Shown: in pieces, positions 44,790 to 54,483 of the stretch
Position numbering within the stretch: position 1 is the stretch's first letter
How the letters are laid out: each line of letters starts with the position of its first letter
Virus record (IMG/VR): IMGVR_UViG_3300037467_001303
Location: 1 to 64,000 of that record
Length of the DNA stretch: 64,000 nucleotides
Strand: one strand, 5' to 3'
Origin: a virus
Position numbers and translations under genes: made by a program
The notes under the pieces: model-generated
The model's database searches: none
Seen by the model: only the letters and a program-made list of their open reading frames with translations
What the model was told of the DNA's origin: nothing

Positions 44790-44980
44790 GCAGCGCACTG
44801 GTCGGGTCAGAAGACGACAGCGGTGCGTGGTGAGGCTCCTACTGTGGGAAGTGTCTGAAACAGGAGCGATGGGCGGCGAAGCCAGCACCCATGACACGCA
44901 AGGCTGGCGCGTCGTGCGGCTCCGTCGGAGAAGTGCGTAAAGGCAGGCGTCAGGGAAGGCTACGTCTGCCCACCATCAGA
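44790..44980 (+). ncRNA. Candidate structured RNA (multistem junction with a kissing-loop/pseudoknot)
   Basis: Non-coding gap with 7 compatible stems; GCCAGC (44881) is complementary to GCTGGC (44903). Confidence 0.5.
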
Positions 44981-45056
44981 GAAACGGGGTTGCGCAGGCG
45001 GCAGCACAGAGAGAAGCAGGAAAGCGGGCAGTACCTATAACCAGCAAGGGGAACAC

Positions 45057-45629
45057 ATGAAGATCGAGATCATCAGCATCCTGGACCGCAGCGGCTCGAT
45101 GTCGCACCTGCGCCACGACACCATCAACGGCTACAACGGCTTCCTGTCCGAGCAGAGGACCGTGCCCGGCCAGGCGCGCGCGACCCTGGTCCTGTTCGAC
45201 GACAAGATCGACACCCTGTACGAGGGTGTCAACATCGCGCACCTGGGCAACCTGACCAGCGTGCACTACGAGCCGAACGGCACCACGGCGGTCTGGGACG
45301 CGATCTGCCGCACCCTGCTGCGCCAGCGCGCGCGCATCACCGCCGAAGGCTGGGCCGACAAGGTGATCGTCAACGTCGTCACCGACGACGGCGACAACGC
45401 CAGCAAGGACTTCACCGAGGCCAAGACCCGCGCCCTGCGCCGCGAGGTCGAGCAGGAGAACGGCTGGATCGTGCGCTACGACGCCTGCGGCAAGAAGGCA
45501 GAGCTGGGCGGCCAGAACCTGGGCATCGACCCGAAGTACCTGCGCACCTTCGCCGGCAACGCGCAGGGCGTGGCCGACACCTACGCGACCATGAGCGCGT
45601 TCGCCACCAGCGTCCGCACCAGCGCCTGA
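45057..45629 (+). CDS. vWA-domain protein
   Basis: MIDAS motif ILDRSGSM, T..WDAI, VTDDGDNAS. Confidence 0.88.
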   Translation: MKIEIISILDRSGSMSHLRHDTINGYNGFLSEQRTVPGQARATLVLFDDKIDTLYEGVNIAHLGNLTSVHYEPNGTTAVWDAICRTLLRQRARITAEGWADKVIVNVVTDDGDNASKDFTEAKTRALRREVEQENGWIVRYDACGKKAELGGQNLGIDPKYLRTFAGNAQGVADTYATMSAFATSVRTSA

Positions 45630-46054
45630 TGCCGCGCCTGCCACGTCCTCCGATGCCGGTCGCGCCCGCGGTGCGCAAGATCCGGGTGACGCGCGAGTTC
45701 GAGAAGGATTTCAACAAGGTCGCCTGGTTCTACGACTGGGAGAAGGCCGACATCGACTTCGAGAAATCGCGCATCCGCGTCAAGCAGGCCGCCATGGACG
45801 ACATCCCGGTCCTGGCCCGCGTGATCCGGGCGCTGGAGGTGGTGGCAAGGCACTACGGCTGGACGGTCGAGGAGATGGGACAGTGGCGCAGTCCCCTGCG
45901 CCACCCCGGCCCCGACCGCGATTTCATCCTCACCCTGGCGATGGCCCTGCAGCACGGCTACCGCCAGACCCCTGGCAACAACCACCAGCGCCTGGGCGAA
46001 TGGCTGGCCGAGAACGGCCTGGACCCGGTCTATTCCGAAGGAGACGTGCGATGA
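45629..46054 (+). CDS. Hypothetical protein
   Basis: Coupled 141-aa ORF. Confidence 0.65.
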   Translation: MPRLPRPPMPVAPAVRKIRVTREFEKDFNKVAWFYDWEKADIDFEKSRIRVKQAAMDDIPVLARVIRALEVVARHYGWTVEEMGQWRSPLRHPGPDRDFILTLAMALQHGYRQTPGNNHQRLGEWLAENGLDPVYSEGDVR

Positions 46055-46452
46055 AGATGCCGAACCCGAACTCGTGTGGCCGCAAGATCACCAACCTGCT
46101 GCTGACCGGCGTTGCCATCACGCCCGAGGAAGGCATCCTGTTGCACGGCACGCTGCGCCTGACGCTGGCCGAGATCGGCGACCTGTACCGCGAGCTGGTG
46201 GTGCGCGGCTGCGCAGTCATGGTCAGCGAGATCGGCCCGCGCATCGAGGCCAGTGACGCGCTGCTGGACAAGTACGGCCTGATCGAGATCTCGGAGAAGG
46301 AAAAGGGCGAGAAGGTGCCGCCGCCGACCCGTCCGCCGTTCCGGCCGCTGTCGAACCGCTACCTGCCGTCCTCGCGTGGCCAGCGCGAAGGCAGCAACGA
46401 CATGCGCGACAAGCCCAGCCACTACGCCAAGCTGTCCGGGGTCCCTGCATGA
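46051..46452 (+). CDS. Hypothetical protein
   Basis: Start ATG 46051 with SD AAGGAG. Confidence 0.65.
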   Translation: MKMPNPNSCGRKITNLLLTGVAITPEEGILLHGTLRLTLAEIGDLYRELVVRGCAVMVSEIGPRIEASDALLDKYGLIEISEKEKGEKVPPPTRPPFRPLSNRYLPSSRGQREGSNDMRDKPSHYAKLSGVPA

Positions 46453-46685
46453 GCGTGATCTATCTCGCCAACGTGCGCGCCGCGCGCGCCGCGCGCAACC
46501 TGGCCGAATCCCTGTCGAGCGACCCGGCGGTGCGCCGCGCCGCCCGCGTGCGCGCGATCGCCGCGATCAACAAGCGCGAGCAGCGCTGGAAGAACCCGCA
46601 GCCGGCCGAGGTGATCTACCTCGACACCCGGATCGCCGAGCTGGGCCGCGCATCCTGGAGCAGCAGCAACCCGAAGGATTACTGA
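46449..46685 (+). CDS. Hypothetical protein
   Basis: Coupled 78-aa ORF. Confidence 0.6.
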   Translation: MSVIYLANVRAARAARNLAESLSSDPAVRRAARVRAIAAINKREQRWKNPQPAEVIYLDTRIAELGRASWSSSNPKDY

Positions 46686-47023
46686 TGCGCCGGCCCAAGT
46701 TCCATAACATCAAGACGATGGTCGATGGCATCCCGTTCGACTCGCGCGCCGAGGCCCGCCGCTGGAAGAACCTGGTCGCGCTGGAGCAGATGGGGTCGAT
46801 CTCGAACCTGCGCCGCCAGGTGAAGTTCGAGCTGATCCCGTCGGTGCGCATCCTCGGCAGCAAACGGGCCACGCCGGCCCTGCGCTACGTCGCCGACTTC
46901 GTCTACGACCAGGGCGGCAGGACGATCGTCGAGGATGTGAAGGGCCTCCTGACCCCGGTCTACAAGATCAAGCGCCACCTGATGAAGCACATTTTCAACA
47001 TCGACATCCTGGAGACCAAGTGA
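46685..47023 (+). CDS. DUF1064-like PD-(D/E)xK nuclease
   Basis: KFHNIKT.VDGIPFDSRAEA..YVADFVY..VEDVKG. Confidence 0.85.
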   Translation: MRRPKFHNIKTMVDGIPFDSRAEARRWKNLVALEQMGSISNLRRQVKFELIPSVRILGSKRATPALRYVADFVYDQGGRTIVEDVKGLLTPVYKIKRHLMKHIFNIDILETK

Positions 47024-47211
47024 TTACCCAAGCCCAAGAGAACGAGCGCGATGCGCGCCGCTACCGCATGGTGCGCGAACTGCTGTGCGCCAGCGACGAG
47101 CGCCTGGACGAGATCGCGGACATGATCGACCCGATCCTGGGCAATCACCCGACCCCGCAGCTGGTCGACCGCGCCATCGACCACGTCCTGACCACCCTGA
47201 AAATCGTTTGA
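47020..47211 (+). CDS. Hypothetical protein
   Basis: ERDARRYR motif; coupled. Confidence 0.6.
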   Translation: MITQAQENERDARRYRMVRELLCASDERLDEIADMIDPILGNHPTPQLVDRAIDHVLTTLKIV

Positions 47212-47218
47212 GGTTCCC

Positions 47219-47734
47219 ATGATCCTGGCCGAACGCTACGCCCGCGCCACCATTTCCGGCAACCTGCGCAACGACGCGCTGCACCACACGCCCGACGTGC
47301 TGATGGCCGTGGCCCTGGCCGGCGGCTTCAGTTCCCAGCTCATCCGCCTGAAATTCGGCAACGAGGCGCCCAGCTACCGTCGCGTGCTGCACGAATGGAC
47401 CTGGCTGGTCTCGACCAAGGCGGTGCGCCGCACCTGGCCGGACCACATCCCGGTCGACGCCGTCGCCCACTACTCGCTGCGTTACTGGCTCAACTCCGTG
47501 TGCCCGGCCTGCACCAGCCACGGCAAGGTCAAGGAGCTGGGCGCGCCGGTGCTGTCCGAGCGTGACTGCCCGCTGTGCGGCGGCAGCGGCCAGGCCGAAC
47601 TGCGCTGCGACACCCGCCTGCGCGACTATGTGCTCGACATGATCGAGGAACTGGAAGCGTATGTGCGCCGCGGCGTGTTCCGTGCAAAGAAGAAAATGCG
47701 CAGCGACCGCGAGGACGCCGAGGCCAGGCTCTGA
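47219..47734 (+). CDS. Antiterminator Q-like Zn-finger protein
   Basis: CPACTSHG..CPLCGGSG; last gene of the early-right operon, followed by a promoter. Confidence 0.65.
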   Translation: MILAERYARATISGNLRNDALHHTPDVLMAVALAGGFSSQLIRLKFGNEAPSYRRVLHEWTWLVSTKAVRRTWPDHIPVDAVAHYSLRYWLNSVCPACTSHGKVKELGAPVLSERDCPLCGGSGQAELRCDTRLRDYVLDMIEELEAYVRRGVFRAKKKMRSDREDAEARL

Positions 47735-47759
47735 ATTTGTTGCAGCCTGCAAAAATGGC

Positions 47760-47788
47760 TTGAAGTCGGCCGCCGGAATCCGTATTCT
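47760..47788 (+). promoter_or_regulatory. PR'-like late promoter
   Basis: TTGAAG-17 bp-TATTCT just after the Q-like gene. Confidence 0.6.
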
Positions 47789-48008
47789 GGCGGCACTGCT
47801 GAGCACATTGGGTTGTATTGGCTGAACACTGGCCCTTTCTGCTTTGCATAACTCGGGCGAATACCCGGTGTTATCCGGGTCTCAGCGACGAACCGTGCAG
47901 TAGCGGACGGCGACCCTGCTGGACCCCGTTCGTCCGTACCATTCTCCGGGGTGCAACACTGTAAGGCCCAGCCCCTCTATCCCGTCACCGACCCTATAGA
48001 GGAACATC

Positions 48009-48281
48009 ATGTCTGATGTCATGGTCTGCAAACTGCAACTCCACAGCGCCAGCCCGGCCCGATCGAGCAGCAACACCGGCGGCGAGCTGACCGGCGCCTA
48101 TGTGAAATTCGGCGCGGTCTGGGAAGGCACCACCGAGAAGCAGGCGATGAGCGAGAACGCCATCTTCGGCCACTGGACCCCCTGCGCGGAATTCAACGCC
48201 TCGATCCTGAACCAGGCCGTCGTCGACAAGCTCGTCGTCGGCAAGAAATACTACGTGACCTTCACCGAAGCGCCCGACTGA
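48009..48281 (+). CDS. Hypothetical phage protein
   Basis: 90 aa, SD GAGGA; ENAIFGHWTP..GKKYYVTF. Confidence 0.75.
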   Translation: MSDVMVCKLQLHSASPARSSSNTGGELTGAYVKFGAVWEGTTEKQAMSENAIFGHWTPCAEFNASILNQAVVDKLVVGKKYYVTFTEAPD

Positions 48282-48346
48282 TTCCTGCGGAGGTACGGGG
48301 CCGCCCTGGCGCTTGGCGCCTGCCCGTCATCCGCAACCCTTTACGC

Positions 48347-48373
48347 AAACCCGCCACCCGGCGGGTTTTTTTT
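48347..48373 (+). terminator. Rho-independent terminator (tR'-like)
   Basis: AAACCCGCC-ACCC-GGCGGGTTTTTTTT. Confidence 0.85.
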
Positions 48374-48422
48374 CGTCTCGACCCCTGTATGTCCGGCGTG
48401 AACGCTGGCGAGGAGATCTATC

Positions 48423-48842
48423 ATGGCCATGAACACCCAGCTTGCCGACGCCACCGTCAACGCCCAGGCGGACGCCCTGTCGGCCCTCCTGAACAACGGC
48501 TACCTGCGCATCTACAGCGGCACCCAGCCAGCCACCGCCAACACGGCGCTGTCCGGCAACACGCTGCTGGCCGAGCTGCGCTTTGCCGCCACCGCCGCGC
48601 CGGCCGCAGTCGGCGGCCTGATCACGTTCAACGCGATCACCGCCGATTCCAGCGCCGACAACACCGGCACCGCGACCTTCTTCCGCGCGTTCAAGAGCGA
48701 CGGCACGACCGTCGTGCTGGACGGCTCGGTCGGCACCAGCGCCGCCAACATGATCATCGCCACGACCAGCATCAGCTCGGGCCAGACCGTGTCTTGCTCG
48801 TCGTTCACGCATGATGTCCTGAACTCGTCGGCAGGCCTTTAA
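48423..48842 (+). CDS. Putative virion/tail-fibre-associated protein
   Basis: LRIYSGTQPATA..GTATFFR; Thr/Ser/Ala-rich; SD AGGAG. Confidence 0.7.
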   Translation: MAMNTQLADATVNAQADALSALLNNGYLRIYSGTQPATANTALSGNTLLAELRFAATAAPAAVGGLITFNAITADSSADNTGTATFFRAFKSDGTTVVLDGSVGTSAANMIIATTSISSGQTVSCSSFTHDVLNSSAGL

Positions 48843-48860
48843 GGCTGAGCTGGGGCCGCC

Positions 48861-51551
48861 ATGACCGTCTTTCTCATCGACCCGACGGTGACGGCCGGCT
48901 CCGACTTTCCGTACGACGCCTCCAGCAACGGCAGGACGCTGACGGTCCAGTCGACCGTCACCTCGGTCGGCGACAGTCCGAAGTTCGGGTATGGTTCGCT
49001 GGGGTTCAATCTGCCAGGGGCAACCACCGCCGCCAGCATCACGACGGTCGATTCGCCTGACTGGCTGTTCTCCGGCCAGTTCACGGTCGAGGCCTGGATC
49101 TACCTGCAGGCGACCAGCGGCGGCACGTCGCAGCAGGCGATCATGGCGCAGTCGTCTTCGACCGGCGCCTCCAACAGCGCGTGGATGTTCTCGCTCAACA
49201 CGGCCCAGACCGCCCTGCAGTTCCAGTATTCGACCAGCGGCACGGCCTTGACCATGCTGTCCGGCGCCAAGACGTTCGCCCTGAACACCTGGTATCACGT
49301 CGCCGTCGACCGTGATGCCGGCGGCGTGATCCGCATCTACTGCGATGGCGCGATGCTCAACTCGGCGACGATGGCGAGCAGCCTGTTCGACTCGACCACG
49401 GCCCTGTATGTGGGCAACCAGTCCAGCAGCAGCGGGCGCTTCCCGGGCCTGATCGAGGAACCGCGCATCACCAACGGCACCGCGCGCTACGCCAGCAATG
49501 CCGGCTACACGATCCCAAGCGCCGAATTCCCGACCAACGGCACCGACGACCCGTACTGGGCCAACGTCAAGCTGCTGGTGCGCGGCCCCGGCGGAAAGAC
49601 CATCAAGGGCCGGTTCCGCTCCTTCTCGGCGTTGAGCACGCTGCGCTGCGGCGCCGGCGACGAGGCCCGCCTGGCCGCCACGCCCGGCCCGGTCCAGATG
49701 GGCACCGCCACCTGGGCGAACGGCAGCCGTTTCCTGACGATGGATACGGCGCGCACCGCCAACATCGAGACCTGCGATGCCACCTGGACCGGCGTGTCCA
49801 CGAACGTCACCCAGGCCGCCAATACCGCGGTGCGCAAGCACAACACCGCGTGCCTGTCGCTGACCATCGCGTCCGCCTTCACCACCGGCAAGGTGGCGTA
49901 CAAGACCCTGCCGTCCACGCTCGACCTCTCAAGCTACCAGCAGGTCAGCTTCTGGTTCCGCACGTCGGCCGGCCCGGCCGTCGGCACGCTCGAACTGCGC
50001 CTGTGCAGCGATACCTTGGGCGACGTGCCGGTCCACACGATTCCGTTGACCGAGTTCAGCTTCTTGGGGAGCACCTGGCGCGCGATCGTGAAGGACTTCG
50101 GCGCCGCGCTGGCGAGCAACATCGCCTCGGTCTCGGTGTATGCCAGCGCCGACCCTGGCTCCCTGACGATTTACCTCGACAACATCATCGCCTGCAAGGC
50201 ATCCAGCAGCGCCGATGCGATCACGCACCTGTCGCTGGTCGGCAAGAACACGGCCGGGGAACCCGAGTGGTATCCGCTCCAGTCGATCGACGGCACCTCG
50301 GTCGAGCTGGGCAACTGGGCCGAGGCCTCGGTCGGGACCGCCGCGAACACCCCGAGACCGTATGCCGGCACCTCCGAGACGGTGGCGCTGTACCGGCTGC
50401 AGCCGCTCGACGCGGTCAACGGCTATACGTCGCCCGCGTCCTTGTCCCCTTCGCGCGTGATCGGGGCATCCGGCACGGATGGAACGCCGATCACGATCTC
50501 CGGCGGCTGGGACGCGACCTACACGAACCAGACCGGCGTGACGTGGCTGAGCGGTGCGCATGCCATGTCCGGCTTTCTCGACGCGAGCGGCAAAAGCTAT
50601 GTCAGCGTGTCGAAGATCGGCGCCGCGCACTTCATGGGCGCCGGGCCGGTCCTGACCAATCTCACCTCGACCGGCGTGCGCCTGCAGTACGAGGCCGTGG
50701 TCGGGTGCAGCAATACGTTCAACCAGTCGTTCCTCGCTTCGCTCTACATCAGCGCCGGGAATGTCGTGCACTGCCAGAACGGCTTCAATATCGGCGCCGG
50801 CAGCGGCGACTTCACGATCATCGCCCGCCGCGTGACCGGCTCGCTCGGCTACGGCTACAGCGGCGCCCCGAACGATGGCGGCATCGGGCGCGTCTACATC
50901 GACCAGATCGACAACTGCGGCACCTACGGCGTCTGGCCGAGTGCCACGACCGGCAAGGTGACGCTGTACAGCCCGACCCTGTCGAACAACGTCACCGCGG
51001 ACGTGTTCTTCCCTCAAGGGAATACGGTACTCATCAACGCGCTGTCGCAGTCGGCCACCAAGGTCCTGTACAGCGCGCCAGGCATGGGCGACACTGTCCG
51101 GTTCCAGAACTTCGGGCGCGATGCGACCGACCAGCGCACCTACTTCCAGTGGGGTACGGTGTTCTCGGATACGACCACGCGCCACACGGCCAGCGGCCTG
51201 GCCTGGAAGCTCTCGATCACGAACGTCACCTACATCAATTCGTCGCGTCCGGCGAGGCTGCCCCTGGTGCGCCGCCGCGTGCTCGCCGGCGTGGCCACCA
51301 CGATTGCGTGCTGGATGCTCCGCGACAATGCCGCCCTGAACTGCGGCATCCGGGTCGCGGGCGGGTCGCTGGCCGGGATCGGCAGCGCCGGCGTGCCCGT
51401 CAGCGCGGCGATGACGGCGGCCGCCAACACCTGGGAACAGGTGTCGATCACGTTCACGCCGAGCGAGGACGGGGTCGTGGAAGTGTTCGGCTGGGCCTGG
51501 ACCACCGCGACCACCTATTCGTGCTGGTTCGATGACCTGACCGTCGTGTAA
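48861..51551 (+). CDS. Putative tail fibre/receptor-binding protein with LamG-like lectin and beta-rich domains
   Basis: FTVEAWIY..LNTWYHVAV..IYCDG..G.IEEPRITNG.ARY (LamG-like); T/S/G-rich. Confidence 0.8.
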   Translation: MTVFLIDPTVTAGSDFPYDASSNGRTLTVQSTVTSVGDSPKFGYGSLGFNLPGATTAASITTVDSPDWLFSGQFTVEAWIYLQATSGGTSQQAIMAQSSSTGASNSAWMFSLNTAQTALQFQYSTSGTALTMLSGAKTFALNTWYHVAVDRDAGGVIRIYCDGAMLNSATMASSLFDSTTALYVGNQSSSSGRFPGLIEEPRITNGTARYASNAGYTIPSAEFPTNGTDDPYWANVKLLVRGPGGKTIKGRFRSFSALSTLRCGAGDEARLAATPGPVQMGTATWANGSRFLTMDTARTANIETCDATWTGVSTNVTQAANTAVRKHNTACLSLTIASAFTTGKVAYKTLPSTLDLSSYQQVSFWFRTSAGPAVGTLELRLCSDTLGDVPVHTIPLTEFSFLGSTWRAIVKDFGAALASNIASVSVYASADPGSLTIYLDNIIACKASSSADAITHLSLVGKNTAGEPEWYPLQSIDGTSVELGNWAEASVGTAANTPRPYAGTSETVALYRLQPLDAVNGYTSPASLSPSRVIGASGTDGTPITISGGWDATYTNQTGVTWLSGAHAMSGFLDASGKSYVSVSKIGAAHFMGAGPVLTNLTSTGVRLQYEAVVGCSNTFNQSFLASLYISAGNVVHCQNGFNIGAGSGDFTIIARRVTGSLGYGYSGAPNDGGIGRVYIDQIDNCGTYGVWPSATTGKVTLYSPTLSNNVTADVFFPQGNTVLINALSQSATKVLYSAPGMGDTVRFQNFGRDATDQRTYFQWGTVFSDTTTRHTASGLAWKLSITNVTYINSSRPARLPLVRRRVLAGVATTIACWMLRDNAALNCGIRVAGGSLAGIGSAGVPVSAAMTAAANTWEQVSITFTPSEDGVVEVFGWAWTTATTYSCWFDDLTVV

Positions 51552-51561
51552 GGGGGCGACC

Positions 51562-53625
51562 ATGGCCCTCGACCTGCTGTCGCTCGACACTGCGTTCGAG
51601 GGACAACCCTTCGCCGACACCGGCCGGGAATCCAGCACCTCGCTTGACCTGGCCTTCGAGGGCCAGCCGTTCACCTGCTACGGCGGCGCGGTCGTCGACG
51701 CGACCGTCACCACCAGCCAGGCCCAGCACGCGATCGCGGCGCCGCCAGTCGTCGGTACGGTCGCCACCAGCCAGGGCCAGAGCAGCGCCGCCATTGTTGG
51801 TCTCGGCTGGAACGTCACGGCGACGACCAGTCAGGGGCAGAGCGCGCAGGCCCAGGCCAAGGCGCATACGCCCTGGCAGCTCGTCACCGCCGCCCATGGC
51901 GACAGCCGCAACGCCGATCCAACGATCCCCGCGTTCACGCTCGCCAGTGGAAACCATGTGGTCGTCAGCGTGTTCTGCGGCGCCTACACGAACCGTGCCG
52001 ACGGCACGGTGGACATGAGCACCAGCCGCGCCTGGACCCTTGCGGTCTCGGACTCGGCGGGCAACACCTACGTCGGGCTGACGCCGGTCCGCGACCAGGT
52101 TGTCGCATCGCCCCAGTTTTCGGTCTCGTGGCTGTACCAGTTCTATTGCGTCAACGCCGTCGGCAGCGCCGCCAACACCGTCACGGTGACGCCGGTCTCC
52201 GGGCCTTCGGATGCCTACAGCTCGGCCAGCCCGACCCTGATCAGCAGCGTGTCGGTGCTGTCCAGTTCCGGGGTTTCCGCCGAGTTCGATGCCATCGCGT
52301 CGGCGGGTTCGTCCAGCAACAACGCCGTCAGCCTGTCGCTGCCGGCAACGGTGGTGCAGCCCGGCGCGACCGTGCTGTTCGACTTCGCGGGCAACGGCAA
52401 CAATACCGAATCCGCCGGCAGCGGCTGGACGGTTGCGGATAACTACATCGACGCCTGGTTCACCTACTGGCGGCCGAACAACCAGCCCGCCACCCAGACC
52501 GCCACCGCCACCGGCAACGGCGGTATCCGGCTGCTGTCGGGCCTGTCGCTGCGCAACGCGCAGGGCATTGTCGGCACGACCCGGCAGGGACAGACCAGCA
52601 ACGCGTCGGTCGAAGCCATCACCACCGTTATTACCAGCTCGGCGACGACCGCGCAGGGCCAGCACGGTGCCGCGACGGGTGCGACTGCCGCCGACACCAC
52701 GGTCGGCACGGCGCAGGGCCAGCACACTGCGGCCAGCAGCGGCGCCACGCTGCAGGCAACGGGCACGACGGCGCAGGCGCAGGCGGCCAGCGCCCTGGCG
52801 GGCCTGTTCCAGCCGGCCAGCAGCGGCACCGCGCAGGCCCAGGCGGCGAGCGCGCAGGCGAACGTTGCCGTGGACGGCGCGACCGCTACCGCGCAGGTCC
52901 AGCAGGGCGATGCGCAGGGTGAACTGTCCCTTGATGTGGCCGTTACGGCCAGCCAGGCGCAGCAGCAGGGTGCCGTGCTCGACACGGGCGCGGCGCTGTC
53001 CGTACAAACCTCGACCGTCCAGCAGGCCACCGGCCAGCTCGCCAGCGCGTATGTCGCCGATGTCCTGACGGCGCAGCAGCAGGACACCGAAGCACTGGCC
53101 GGGGTCGCCATCGACGCGCAGGTGGACAGCGCACAGGCGCAGGGCGCAAGCGCCGATGCCGCGACCGGCGCCGATGCCGCCGTCGCCACGCGCCAGTACC
53201 AGCGCGTGCGTGCCCAGGCGCGCGCCGAGAGCGAGAACACGACTGAAACCGGCCAGACCCAGCGCGCCGCCGGCCAGCTGGGCCTGTCCTCGGACGCGCC
53301 AGCGGCCACCATGCAGGGCCAGCACGCCGATCTGCTGGCGGGCGTGGCGTCCGATGTGCAGGCAACGACCGGCCAGGCCGAACATATCGGCGACGGAAAC
53401 ATTCTGGTGGTCGGTGTCGTGCTGGGCATCACCACGACGCAGGCGGCGCAACACACGAAGGGCGCACTGGCGCAGTACGCGGCCCAGCCCGGCACGCTGT
53501 CGCTGGCCACGAAGCGGCTGCACCTGTCACTGGCGGGATCGGCCCAGGCCCAACCCGCGCTACAGGCGCCCAACCGCGTGCGCACCGCCCTCGGCGGGCG
53601 CGTTGATCTGAGGCCCGAACGATGA
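51562..53625 (+). CDS. Repeat-rich putative fibre protein
   Basis: Twin LD.AFEGQPF repeat; many T(S/A)Q(A/G)Q repeats about 20 aa apart. Confidence 0.7.
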   Translation: MALDLLSLDTAFEGQPFADTGRESSTSLDLAFEGQPFTCYGGAVVDATVTTSQAQHAIAAPPVVGTVATSQGQSSAAIVGLGWNVTATTSQGQSAQAQAKAHTPWQLVTAAHGDSRNADPTIPAFTLASGNHVVVSVFCGAYTNRADGTVDMSTSRAWTLAVSDSAGNTYVGLTPVRDQVVASPQFSVSWLYQFYCVNAVGSAANTVTVTPVSGPSDAYSSASPTLISSVSVLSSSGVSAEFDAIASAGSSSNNAVSLSLPATVVQPGATVLFDFAGNGNNTESAGSGWTVADNYIDAWFTYWRPNNQPATQTATATGNGGIRLLSGLSLRNAQGIVGTTRQGQTSNASVEAITTVITSSATTAQGQHGAATGATAADTTVGTAQGQHTAASSGATLQATGTTAQAQAASALAGLFQPASSGTAQAQAASAQANVAVDGATATAQVQQGDAQGELSLDVAVTASQAQQQGAVLDTGAALSVQTSTVQQATGQLASAYVADVLTAQQQDTEALAGVAIDAQVDSAQAQGASADAATGADAAVATRQYQRVRAQARAESENTTETGQTQRAAGQLGLSSDAPAATMQGQHADLLAGVASDVQATTGQAEHIGDGNILVVGVVLGITTTQAAQHTKGALAQYAAQPGTLSLATKRLHLSLAGSAQAQPALQAPNRVRTALGGRVDLRPER

Positions 53626-53945
53626 GCACCATCCATATTCTCTATATTGGCAACAACAGCATCGTGGACGTGACGGGCCTGAAGAACGAGAACAGCGGCG
53701 CGGTCGTGACCGATGCGCGCGTCTCGGTGGCCCTGTTCGACGCCGCCGGCCTGCCGGTCGCCGGGGCGCAGTGGCCCCTGGAAATGGCGTACCTGGCCGA
53801 CTCGAACGGTGTCTACCGCGCTACGCTGCCGTACACGCTCGACCTGGCCGAAGGAGGGCGCTACATTGCGCGCGTCGTGGCCGATGCCGGCGACGGCCTG
53901 CACGCGCAGTGGGACATGCCCTGCGTGGGCCGGCTGCGGACGTAA
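53622..53945 (+). CDS. Small beta-rich virion protein
   Basis: 107 aa, GVYRATL motif; ATGA overlap. Confidence 0.65.
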   Translation: MSTIHILYIGNNSIVDVTGLKNENSGAVVTDARVSVALFDAAGLPVAGAQWPLEMAYLADSNGVYRATLPYTLDLAEGGRYIARVVADAGDGLHAQWDMPCVGRLRT

Positions 53946-53966
53946 AAAAGCCGCCCGCAGGCGGCT
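53944..53966 (-). terminator. Terminator for the convergent leftward operon
   Basis: A6-GCCGCC-CGCA-GGCGGC. Confidence 0.7.
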
Positions 53967-53985
53967 CGAACGGAACTGTGCCGGC

Positions 53986-54255
53986 TCAACTGCACCAGCC
54001 GCCGATCCGGTCCCACAGCAGATTCAGGTAATAGCCGATCTCATTGGTGTTGCCGACCATCGCCTCGGCGGCATCGTGCAATGAGATCATGCCGTCGAAC
54101 CCGCCGAAGAAGGCGGCGGTCTGGCCGATCAGGCGGATGTCGTGACAGATCGCCTGTCCGCGCGCACCGTTGCGCTGCTGCTTGTCCATCTGGTCCCACT
54201 CCCGCACCAGTTCGACGAGCACGTCTGCGATGGGGCGTTCGTTGCTGATGTCCAT
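53986..54255 (-). CDS. Hypothetical protein
   Basis: SD AAGGAG; ends in WDRIGGW. Confidence 0.7.
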   Translation of the reverse strand: MDISNERPIADVLVELVREWDQMDKQQRNGARGQAICHDIRLIGQTAAFFGGFDGMISLHDAAEAMVGNTNEIGYYLNLLWDRIGGWCS

Positions 54256-54267
54256 CTTGTCTCCTTG

Positions 54268-54483
54268 TTAGCGTGGGGAATAGCCCTGTTCGGCCAGCGC
54301 CGCCTGGACGGCCTCGATCCCGCGGATCATGCGGTAGGCCAGGGCGGTACGTTCGGCTTCGGGCAGGTGCGGTTCCGTCTTGTTGTAGAACGTCTGGAAC
54401 GTTGACCGCTTGCAGAACTGCGCCAGTTCCCACGCACAGTCGTCGTCCATGGTGGCGGTGATGGTGACGGGATCGTGGCTCAT
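54268..54483 (-). CDS. Hypothetical protein
   Basis: AWELAQFCKR..ALAEQGYSPR; start 54483. Confidence 0.7.
   Translation of the reverse strand: MSHDPVTITATMDDDCAWELAQFCKRSTFQTFYNKTEPHLPEAERTALAYRMIRGIEAVQAALAEQGYSPR

Noticed and set aside
44790-44980. Assignment to hammerhead, HDV-like ribozyme or group I intron
   Set aside because: No CUGAnGA core or group I P7 motifs, and the pairing order does not match HDV topology. Kept only as an unassigned structured element.
47790-48008. tRNA gene in the late leader
   Set aside because: No cloverleaf or T-loop GTTCRA signature is recognisable.
48861-53625. Diversity-generating retroelement or invertible tail-fibre cassette
   Set aside because: No reverse transcriptase, invertase or template/variable repeat pair was seen.
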